From contig NC_018870.1 of the NCBI RefSeq assembly GCF_000305935.1, positions 55,942-79,941 of the forward strand: a stretch of 24,000 nucleotides of DNA, read 5' to 3'. Source of the DNA: Thermacetogenium phaeum DSM 12270 (GTDB lineage Bacteria; Bacillota; DSM-12270; Thermacetogeniales; Thermacetogeniaceae). A program made the translations under genes and the position numbers. Below the pieces are notes generated by a model. That model saw nothing but the letters and a program-made list of their open reading frames with translations, did no database searches and was not told the DNA's origin. This document shows positions 14,673-22,279 of this stretch, one piece after another. Every line of letters begins with the position of its first letter. Position 1 is the first letter of the stretch.

Positions 14673-15102
14673 ATCGGTTGAAGAAGTGTTTGTCAACAAA
14701 GCCAAGTTGTTCCTTTAAAGCGTACTGAAGGACTTGAGAGAAGTTTATTCCTTCTTTTTCGGCTGCGTCATTGAGCCACTTGGGTATAGTTAATGTTTTC
14801 TTGATCGCCCGATTTTGTGTCTCGTCACGAATAGGTTCTGTACGAGCCTGGATTAGGGTTACGAAGGCGCCAGGGCTTGCATCTTCCGGTAATTTTACTT
14901 CCACAGGGTTGGAAGGAACCGGAATTTCATCGCCGTCCTCCTCCATGCCATACAAGTGGAGAGCCATGGCTTCGGCAGCCATCTTTAATGCTTCGTCCAG
15001 AGTATCGCCTTCCGTTACACAACCGGGAAGGTCGGGAAACGTAACAGTGTACCCGCCATGTTCGTTGGGATCAAAAATCGCAGGATAAACGTATTTAGGC
15101 AT
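14659..15102 (-). CDS. hicB: HicB-family antitoxin (HicB fold + C-terminal RHH-like DNA-binding region)
   Basis: MPKYVYPAIFDPNEHGGYTVTFPDLPGCVTEGDTLDEALKMAAEAMALHL is a typical HicB N-domain. C-terminal ..KKTLTIPKWLNDAAEKEGINFSQVLQYALKEQL is ribbon-helix-helix-like. AAGGAGG RBS. Directly downstream of hicA. Confidence 0.9.
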   Translation of the reverse strand: MPKYVYPAIFDPNEHGGYTVTFPDLPGCVTEGDTLDEALKMAAEAMALHLYGMEEDGDEIPVPSNPVEVKLPEDASPGAFVTLIQARTEPIRDETQNRAIKKTLTIPKWLNDAAEKEGINFSQVLQYALKEQLGFVDKHFFNRYMMD

Positions 15103-15129
15103 CTATGCAAACCTCCTTTCTGCCGGGGC

Positions 15130-15315
15130 TTACTTAAGGAGCCCGGCCTGCTTAAGTATTGACTTGAATGTTTTTGGTGCTAGAGATTTTCTTGGGTGAG
15201 GGACGGTTACTTTGCCAGGTTTTGTTGGGTGTTTGAACTGATGATGACTTCCCGCGACCCCCACCAAGTACCAACCGTCCTCTTCAAGCAATTTGATTAT
15301 TTCGCGGGAAGACAA
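15130..15315 (-). CDS. hicA: HicA-family mRNA interferase toxin
   Basis: (M)SSREIIKLLEEDGWYLVGVAGSHHQFKHPTKPGKVTVPHPRKSLAPKTFKSILKQAGL is canonical HicA/YcfA. TTG start with no well-placed SD (see findings). Confidence 0.85.
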   Translation of the reverse strand: MSSREIIKLLEEDGWYLVGVAGSHHQFKHPTKPGKVTVPHPRKSLAPKTFKSILKQAGLLK

Positions 15316-15349
15316 GCTTTCATGATTGTCGCCTCTTCTTTCTGGTTCT

Positions 15350-15374
15350 ATTATAGCACGTATAAAAAATACGT
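15350..15374 (-). promoter_or_regulatory. Candidate hicAB promoter with overlapping palindromic operator
   Basis: The minus strand reads ACGTAT-TTTTT-ATACGT-GC-TATAAT: extended -10 TGcTATAAT (-10 = 15350-15355), and a perfect 6-bp-arm palindrome at 15358-15374 in the spacer. Confidence 0.5.
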
Positions 15375-15708
15375 TTCAGTAAGAAATACAAGAAAAGGAC
15401 CCTTATGGCTCAACAACTGGATGATGTTAATTTGAAGATCAACAACCATGGCCTGAATAACTTTTGTAATCAGTTGCCTGCCGTATGGCAGAAGTGGCAA
15501 TGCCGGCGATGAGCAGAGTACGGGTGGATGGCTGTCTGCTGCCGGCATCAGGTGTTGTCCGGCCAAAAAAAGCCGACCGCCGGCCGGAAGACCGGTTTCT
15601 GCCTCAATTTGCGGAATATTCTCCTTGCGGCGGAACAAAAATACCAGCGAAAGACTGTTTCTCTGAAGCAGGAATCGAATGCTCGGGTGCCGAAGTTCTT
15701 AAGCCAAA

Positions 15709-17418
15709 ATGAAAGCGGGGGATTGTGTGGAATCGAGTTTATACAAAAATTACAAGCGAAAGTTTTTCGTCGGTTTGGGGATTCTGCTGGCCTTGACCTG
15801 CCTGGCTCTGGCCAGATACAACATGTTGCTGGGGATATTCGGTTTTATCGTCACCCTGACGGGGATGTATGCCTTCTCCTATATGGACCGGCAGGAGGAA
15901 GCCGCCCGCGAGCGGGAGATCAAGGAGGAGGCGCTTTCTCTGGTAAGTGCAGAGGCTCCGGAGGAGAGTCCTGCCGCAGCCGCCATCAGCCTTGCCTTTC
16001 TGCAGGTCGACGATTACGATGAGGTCTTCCACAGCCTGCCCGATGAGCAGCGGCCGCTGCTGGTGGCCGCGGTTGACAAGTTTCTGCGGGAATGGGCGGC
16101 ATCGCTCGGGGCCTACCTGCACAAGACCGGGAGGGACAGCTATACCCTCCTGTTGCCGCTTCAGGAGCTGGAAGCCCTGGAGCAGAAGGAGTTTTCCCTT
16201 TTGGATGAGGTGCGCAAGATCAACGTGGGGGACCATCCCCCTGTGACTTTGAGCATCGGTGCGGCCAGGGGTGTCGATGCGGGGAACCCCGCCCGGTTGG
16301 GGCAGCTTGCCAGGCAGGCCCTGAACCTCGCCATAGAGCGTGGGGGCGACCAGGCGGTCGTCAAAAGCCCGGAGCATACCTGGTTCTACGGGGGGCGCAC
16401 CGAGGCGGTCGGCAAGCGCAGCCAGGTGCGGGCGCGGGTTACCGCCGCCGAACTCGACCGCCTCCTCAAGACGGCGAAAAATGTGGTGCTCATGGGACAT
16501 GTGGGGATGGATTTCGACGCCCTGGGGGCGGCCCTGGGGCTGGCGGAGATCGCCGGCCATTACGGAAAACCCGCCAAAATTGTGATCGACAGGCAGGGGG
16601 GAGCTGTGGAGAGGCTCTTTTCCCTCGTTGCCGGGCACAACCCCGAGCTCCTCTGTGAAAAGGAGGATGCCGTTGAGCTTACGTCGCCTCAGACCCTGTT
16701 GGTCTTGGTGGACGTGCACCGCCCGCAGATGGTTATCTCACCGAAGCTTTTAAGCCGCGCCGGCTCGATCGTCGTCATTGACCACCACCGGAGAGGGGAG
16801 GAGTTCCCGGAACATGTTAAACTTTCCTACATAGTTCCGGCGGCCTCCTCCACCTGTGAACTGGTCGGGGAGCTGGCCCACTACTTCCCCGAGGAGATTC
16901 ACTTTTCCTCGCTGGCTGCCACGGCCATGCTGGCCGGGCTGGTGGTGGACACCAAGAGGTTCACCTTCGGCACCAGCTCCCGCACCTTCCGGGTAGCGGC
17001 CTGGCTGCGGGAGGCAGGGGCTGCCCCTGCGGTGATCAGGGAGCTCTTTACCGATACCCTGGAGGTCATGCTCTACCGGGCGAGGATTTTGCAGAGCGTT
17101 GAGATCGTCGGGGGGAAATACGCTGTAGCCGGAAATGACGAGCCCTTTGCCGGAGCGCAGGTGGCGGCATCGCGCGCCGCCGACAATCTGCTGGAGATCG
17201 CCGGCGTTACCGCCTCTTTTGTGCTCTATCCGGTCGAGGGCGGGATGAGGATCAGCGCCCGCTCCACCGGAGCGGTCAACGTTCACCGGGTTATGGAAAA
17301 ACTGGGGGGCGGTGGGCACTTCACTGTGGCGGCGGCCTTCCTGCCGGACGTCGGGATGGAGGAGGCGCGCCGCAGGCTCTTGAATATCTTGCATGCGGAG
17401 CTGGAGGAAGGGCGGTGA
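15709..17418 (+). CDS. gdpP: GdpP-like c-di-AMP phosphodiesterase (2 TM + degenerate GGDEF-like + DHH/DHHA1), apparently lacking the PAS domain
   Basis: N-terminal TM pair. GGDEF-like region (ISLAFLQVDDYDEV...SYTLLLP...TLSIGAA). DHH motifs (MGHVGMDFDALGAALG; VLVDVHRP; VVIDHHRR). DHHA1 GGGGH. Conserved position before rplI. GTG 15727 is an alternative start. Confidence 0.85.
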   Translation: MKAGDCVESSLYKNYKRKFFVGLGILLALTCLALARYNMLLGIFGFIVTLTGMYAFSYMDRQEEAAREREIKEEALSLVSAEAPEESPAAAAISLAFLQVDDYDEVFHSLPDEQRPLLVAAVDKFLREWAASLGAYLHKTGRDSYTLLLPLQELEALEQKEFSLLDEVRKINVGDHPPVTLSIGAARGVDAGNPARLGQLARQALNLAIERGGDQAVVKSPEHTWFYGGRTEAVGKRSQVRARVTAAELDRLLKTAKNVVLMGHVGMDFDALGAALGLAEIAGHYGKPAKIVIDRQGGAVERLFSLVAGHNPELLCEKEDAVELTSPQTLLVLVDVHRPQMVISPKLLSRAGSIVVIDHHRRGEEFPEHVKLSYIVPAASSTCELVGELAHYFPEEIHFSSLAATAMLAGLVVDTKRFTFGTSSRTFRVAAWLREAGAAPAVIRELFTDTLEVMLYRARILQSVEIVGGKYAVAGNDEPFAGAQVAASRAADNLLEIAGVTASFVLYPVEGGMRISARSTGAVNVHRVMEKLGGGGHFTVAAAFLPDVGMEEARRRLLNILHAELEEGR

Positions 17419-17876
17419 AATCCATGAAGGTTATCTTGCGGGAAGACGTTAAGAATCTGGGGAAAAAGGGGGATATCGTCGAAGTATCGGAGGGGCACGG
17501 TCGCAACTACCTGATCCCTCGCGGCCTGGCGGTTCCGGTTACCCGGGGGGTGCTGAAGGAAGCCTCTCTGATCGCCGACGGCCGCGCCAAAAAGGAAGAG
17601 CGCCTCTTGAAGAACGCCCGGGAGCTGGCCTCCCGGCTTGATGGGATGACCGTAACCCTGCCCGCCCGTGCCGGTGAGGGTGGGAAGCTCTACGGAGCGG
17701 TGACGAGCCGGGATATCGCCGCCGCCCTGGAGCGCCTTCTCGGCCGGAAGGTGGACAAGAAGAAGATCGAGCTTCCCGAACCCATCAAGGCCCTGGGAGT
17801 TTTCCCGGTGCAGATCCGGCTGCACCCGGGTGTTCAGGTGGAAATACGGGTCAACGTAGTTGCTGCTGATTCCTGA
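17415..17876 (+). CDS. rplI: 50S ribosomal protein L9
   Basis: ..MKVILREDVKNLGKKGDIVEVSEGHGRNYLIPRGLAV is canonical L9. GTG 17415 (GGAGG 7 nt upstream; overlaps the gdpP stop) or ATG 17424. Confidence 0.95.
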   Translation: MKSMKVILREDVKNLGKKGDIVEVSEGHGRNYLIPRGLAVPVTRGVLKEASLIADGRAKKEERLLKNARELASRLDGMTVTLPARAGEGGKLYGAVTSRDIAAALERLLGRKVDKKKIELPEPIKALGVFPVQIRLHPGVQVEIRVNVVAADS

Positions 17877-17909
17877 AAATTCCGTTTGTCGCAGGAGAGG
17901 GGATAGGAG

Positions 17910-19853
17910 ATGCCAGGGGGATGCAAAGAGAAGAATTCTGCCTGGGAAGAGGAGAAGAAAGCCGGTCGACGGGGGTTCAAAAGGAGCGAGATCAAGGGGC
18001 GGGTCGCTGCTCTCTACCAGATACTGGCGGACGTCTACGGTTCGGAAAGGCTTATTCTCAGGGCCAGCAAGCTGGGAGTTCTCAAGGCCATGCGCTCCAA
18101 CATGGTGGGGGAGCAGGTGCTGGCCCTTCAGAAGCTCATCCAGGGGGATCCCACCATCAGCCGGGCACCCCTGATGAAGGATATACCGGAGATCCTGGAT
18201 GATCTTGAGGATACCCTTGCCCAGATGATGGCCCGGCGGGTTGTCGAGGAAGACCTGGAGAGGAAGATTGCCGAGAAACTCCAGGAGCGGCAGGATCAGT
18301 ACCTGAACGAGATGCGGGAGCAGCTGCTCAAGGAGAAAGGAACGCCGGAGAACGCCGCTACCCTAAAAAAGCTGGCCGTCCTGGAAAAAAAGAAGCAGGT
18401 GCATCTGAACGAATCGATCGGTGCTGTGCTGCGGCCGCGCACCCCGGAGGAGATCATCGGGCAGGAGCGCGCCTTAAAAGCCTTGATCGCCAAGCTGGCC
18501 GCCCCTTACCCTCAGCACATCCTGCTCTACGGCCCCCCGGGCGTAGGGAAGACCTCTGCCGCCCGCATCGCCCTGGAGCACGTCAAGTCTCGGGGAGACA
18601 GCATCTTCCAGCCCGATGCTCCCTTTGTCGAGGTGGACGGGACCACCCTGCGCTGGGACCCCCGGGACGTCACCAACCCCCTCATCGGTTCGGTGCACGA
18701 TCCCATTTATCAGGGGGCGCGGCGTGAGCTGGCGGAGAGCGGGGTCCCCGAGCCGAAGCCCGGTCTGGTTACCGAGGCCCACGGGGGGATTCTGTTTATC
18801 GACGAGATCGGGGACGTCGATCCGATTCTCCAAAACAAGCTGTTAAAGGTGATGGAGGACAAGAGGGTCTACTTCGATTCTTCTTATTACGAACCGAACG
18901 ACCCCAACATCCCGGAATACATCAAGAAGCTCTTTGAAGAAGGAGCGCCCGCGGACTTCGTTCTCATCGGGGCGACCACCCGCTCCCCGGAGGAGATCAG
19001 CCCTGCCTTCCGCTCCCGGTGTGCCGAGATCTTCTTTGACTGCTTAACACCAGAGGACGTCCAGAAGGTTTTACACCAGGCTGCCCGCAAGCTGGAGGTG
19101 GCTCTCGAACCGGGGGTTGCCGAATCCATCAGCGATTATACCGTAGATGCCCGCAAGGCGACCAACGTCCTGGTGGATGCCTATGCCGTCGCCCGCTATC
19201 GCAGGGGCGGCACCGGCAAGCGTATCCTGGTGACCATGGAGGACCTGCAGGAGGTTCTCCAGGTGAGCAGGATGACACCCCATGTCACCACCCATGCCGC
19301 TGCCTGTGGGGAGATCGGGAGGGTGTTCGGCCTGGCTGTCTCAGGTTTCCTGGGGACGATCATCGAGATCGAGGCCGTTGCCTTCCCGGCGCGGGACTCC
19401 CGGCGCGGCATCGTCCGCTTCAATGACGCTGCGGGGACGATGGCCAAGGACTCGGTCTTTAACGCCTTGGCCGTCTACCGGAAGTTGACCGGGAAGGATG
19501 CCGCCGACTACGACATCCACGTCAACATTGTCGGTGGGGGCAGGGTGGACGGCCCTTCCGCCGGAGCCGCCATTTTTCTCGCCATTTACAGCGCCATCGA
19601 AGGGGTTCCCCTGCGCCAGGATGTGGCGGTGACCGGAGAGCTTTCCATCCAGGGTCGGGTTAAGGCAGTAGGCGGCATTTCCGAGAAGATTTACGGCGCC
19701 CGCCAGATCGGGGCGCGCAAGGTTATCGCTCCCGCCGAGAACACAAGGGATCTGCCGGGGGAACTCTGGGGGATCACCGTTGTCGGTGTCCGGAACATCG
19801 ACGAGGCCCTTCCCCATGTTCTGTTTTCCGGTGAACGCCCGGAGGGTGCCTGA
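17910..19853 (+). CDS. lonC: Lon-family ATP-dependent protease (LonC/spore_lon_C-like)
   Basis: AAA+ Walker A LLYGPPGVGKTSAARIAL, Walker B ILFIDEIG. C-terminal Lon protease domain with DGPSAGAAIFLAIYSAI and GGISEKIYGA (Ser-Lys dyad). Position between rplI and dnaB as in many endospore formers. Confidence 0.8.
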   Translation: MPGGCKEKNSAWEEEKKAGRRGFKRSEIKGRVAALYQILADVYGSERLILRASKLGVLKAMRSNMVGEQVLALQKLIQGDPTISRAPLMKDIPEILDDLEDTLAQMMARRVVEEDLERKIAEKLQERQDQYLNEMREQLLKEKGTPENAATLKKLAVLEKKKQVHLNESIGAVLRPRTPEEIIGQERALKALIAKLAAPYPQHILLYGPPGVGKTSAARIALEHVKSRGDSIFQPDAPFVEVDGTTLRWDPRDVTNPLIGSVHDPIYQGARRELAESGVPEPKPGLVTEAHGGILFIDEIGDVDPILQNKLLKVMEDKRVYFDSSYYEPNDPNIPEYIKKLFEEGAPADFVLIGATTRSPEEISPAFRSRCAEIFFDCLTPEDVQKVLHQAARKLEVALEPGVAESISDYTVDARKATNVLVDAYAVARYRRGGTGKRILVTMEDLQEVLQVSRMTPHVTTHAAACGEIGRVFGLAVSGFLGTIIEIEAVAFPARDSRRGIVRFNDAAGTMAKDSVFNALAVYRKLTGKDAADYDIHVNIVGGGRVDGPSAGAAIFLAIYSAIEGVPLRQDVAVTGELSIQGRVKAVGGISEKIYGARQIGARKVIAPAENTRDLPGELWGITVVGVRNIDEALPHVLFSGERPEGA

Positions 19854-21235
19854 TGGAGCTCTTAAACCGCATTCCTCCCCACAACCTGGAGGCGGAACAG
19901 GCCGTTCTGGGAGCCCTGCTCATCGCGCCGGAGAGCCTGGCGACGGTGGCGGAGATATTGAGACCGGAGGACTTCTACGGAGAGGGGCACCGCGCCATCT
20001 ACCTCACCCTTAAGGAGATGGCCGAGGCCGGCCGGCCCATCGACCTGTTGACCGTAACCGAGGAACTGCAGGGGAAGGGGCTGCTGGAACAGGTCGGGGG
20101 GGCGACCTATCTGGCCACCCTGGCCGGGGCGGTTCCCACCGCCGTTCACGTGGAGTACTACGCCGGGATTGTGGCGGAAAAGGGGCTTCTGCGCTCCATC
20201 ATCGAGGCCTGTACCCGGATCGCCTCCCAGGGGTATGAGGAGGGAGCCGAGAGCGAGTCTCTCCTGGACGAAGCGGAACGGATGCTCCTCAGCCTGGGGG
20301 AAAGGCGCCAGAGCAGGAGCTACCGCTCCATCAGGGAGCTGCTGGTGGAAACGCTGGAAAAGATCGAGCAGCTTTACCAGAGGAAGGGGAGTGTGACCGG
20401 TTTGCCCACCGGCTTTACGGAGCTCGACCGGATTACCTCCGGACTGCAGCCCAGCGACCTCATCCTGCTGGCCGCCCGCCCGTCCATGGGAAAAACCTCT
20501 TTGGGGCTCAACATTGCCCAGAATGTTGCCGTCAAATCCGGCGTACCGGTGGGGATCTTCAGCCTGGAAATGTCCGGGGATCAGGTGGTGCAGCGGCTTC
20601 TCTGCTCCGAGGCCCTGGTGGACCAGCAGCGCCTGCGCACCGGGTTCCTCCAGGAAGACGACTGGCCGCGGCTGCTGAAAGCCGCCACCAGGCTGGCGGA
20701 GGCGCCCATCTTCATCGACGACACCCCGGCCATAACCCTGCTGGAACTGCGCAGCAAGGCCCGCCGCCTGAAGCTCGAACACGGTATCGGCCTGTTGGTG
20801 GTCGACTACCTGCAGCTCATTCAGTCCGGGAGGCGGATGGAGAACCGCGTCCAGGAGATCTCCGAGATCTCCCGGCAGCTCAAGTCTCTCGCCCGGGAGC
20901 TGGACGTTCCGGTGCTGGCCCTCTCCCAGCTCAGCCGCGCCGTGGAGCAGCGGGGGGGTGACCGCAGGCCTCTGCTCTCCGACCTGCGGGAGAGCGGGAG
21001 CCTGGAGCAGGACTCCGATGTGGTCATGTTCATCTACCGCGATGATTATTACAACGAGGATTCCGAAGAAAAGGGGGTTGCCGACATCATCATCGCCAAG
21101 CAGCGCAACGGCCCGGTCGGCACCGTCAAGCTGGCCTTCCTCAAGGAGTTCACCAAGTTCGTCAACCTGGAGAGGGAGGAACCCCCCGCTTTCGGTGGGG
21201 AGAGGGATTACGGGATTGAGCCCGAGGAGGATTGA
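19853..21235 (+). CDS. dnaB: Replicative DNA helicase
   Basis: PPHNLEAEQAVLGALL N-terminus, Walker A ARPSMGKTSLGLN, VVDYLQLI, SQLSRAVE.R, IIAKQRNGPVGTV. ATG overlaps the lonC TGA by 1 nt (TGATG), with GGAGGG 6 nt upstream. Confidence 0.95.
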   Translation: MELLNRIPPHNLEAEQAVLGALLIAPESLATVAEILRPEDFYGEGHRAIYLTLKEMAEAGRPIDLLTVTEELQGKGLLEQVGGATYLATLAGAVPTAVHVEYYAGIVAEKGLLRSIIEACTRIASQGYEEGAESESLLDEAERMLLSLGERRQSRSYRSIRELLVETLEKIEQLYQRKGSVTGLPTGFTELDRITSGLQPSDLILLAARPSMGKTSLGLNIAQNVAVKSGVPVGIFSLEMSGDQVVQRLLCSEALVDQQRLRTGFLQEDDWPRLLKAATRLAEAPIFIDDTPAITLLELRSKARRLKLEHGIGLLVVDYLQLIQSGRRMENRVQEISEISRQLKSLARELDVPVLALSQLSRAVEQRGGDRRPLLSDLRESGSLEQDSDVVMFIYRDDYYNEDSEEKGVADIIIAKQRNGPVGTVKLAFLKEFTKFVNLEREEPPAFGGERDYGIEPEED

Positions 21236-21391
21236 GCCGCCGGGCGCCGGGGGTTTTGTGAGAATCCTTGCCGGCCACTACCCCCCTGGTGTTAAACTGA
21301 GGGTAGAAACGGTGCAAAGTGTAAAAGGCGGGCGCCGAGGACTTCCAGGTGTACGAGCTGGAGAAACAAAACGAAAGTAGGGGGTGGGAAC

Positions 21392-21820
21392 TTGGACATC
21401 CAATCGCTATGCCAAAAATTATCGCCGGTTTTTGAATCTTACGGGGTTTCGTGCTGCTATCTTTTTGGTTCGCGCGCCGGGGAAAATTATTATCATGATA
21501 GCGACATCGACCTGGCAGTAGTATTTGATAACTATTCCCCCGAAAAACATAACCTGAATCTGGAAATAGAAATCCAGGATACGGTATCAGAAATTTTAGC
21601 GCCGCTGGAAGTGGATCTTCTGTTTTTACAAAAGGCTCCCATCTACCTGAGGTTTACCGTTATTAAAAACGGCAAAGTCATTTATTGTTCGAATGAAGAT
21701 TTCCGTACCGATTTTGAGGATATAACGATAAGAGATTACCTGGACTTTAAACCCGTTCTGGACATGTATTACCGGGAAATGGCAGAGGAGTTAATAGAAA
21801 AAAACGGCGGGAGGATTTGA
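21392..21820 (+). CDS. mntA: Nucleotidyltransferase-domain protein (MntA-type antitoxin)
   Basis: CYLFGSRAGENYYHDSDIDLAVVF = minimal NTase GS...DxD motif. TTG start after AGGGGGTGG. Immediately followed by a HEPN gene. Confidence 0.85.
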   Translation: MDIQSLCQKLSPVFESYGVSCCYLFGSRAGENYYHDSDIDLAVVFDNYSPEKHNLNLEIEIQDTVSEILAPLEVDLLFLQKAPIYLRFTVIKNGKVIYCSNEDFRTDFEDITIRDYLDFKPVLDMYYREMAEELIEKNGGRI

Positions 21821-21823
21821 AGC

Positions 21824-22246
21824 TTGATTAATAAAGACTTGATTCGCAACCGCATCGACCTTATCAACCGCTCGATAGCCAGGCTGAAAAGAATGGCGGC
21901 TCTGTCCAGGGAGCAATTTTTGGCTGATCCCGATAACTTTGCCATTGCGGAACATCACCTGCGCCGGGCACTGCAAAGCCTGTTTGATGCCGGCAGACAC
22001 ATCATCGCCAAGCAGGGACTGGGGCATCCGGTTGATTACCGGTCGATCATTTTGACCCTGGGCAGGGAAAAAATTATCCCCCCGCAATTCGCGGAAAGGA
22101 TCAAAGGCATGGCCGGATATCGCAACCGCCTGGTGCACGGTTATGCGGAAGTAACGCCGGAAGAGATGTATAACGTCATTCAAGAGAGACTCGATGATTT
22201 TGAAGAGTTCTGTTTCCACATTTTAAAATACACAGCCAACACCTAG
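21824..22246 (+). CDS. hepT: HEPN/DUF86 protein (HepT-type toxin)
   Basis: R-x4-H motif in GYRNRLVHGY, helical DUF86 layout. TTG start 3 nt after the mntA stop, with GGGAGGA 8 nt upstream. Confidence 0.85.
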   Translation: MINKDLIRNRIDLINRSIARLKRMAALSREQFLADPDNFAIAEHHLRRALQSLFDAGRHIIAKQGLGHPVDYRSIILTLGREKIIPPQFAERIKGMAGYRNRLVHGYAEVTPEEMYNVIQERLDDFEEFCFHILKYTANT

Positions 22247-22279
22247 ACCCCGCCGGGCGTCCCGATCCTGCCGGGAAGG

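Noticed and set aside
15405-15512. 35-codon ORF (MAQQLDDVNLKINNHGLNNFCNQLPAVWQKWQCRR*) with AAGGA 5 nt upstream, in the hicA-gdpP spacer.
   Set aside because: Too short, with no recognisable family and a basic junk-like tail. It cannot be supported without conservation or expression data.
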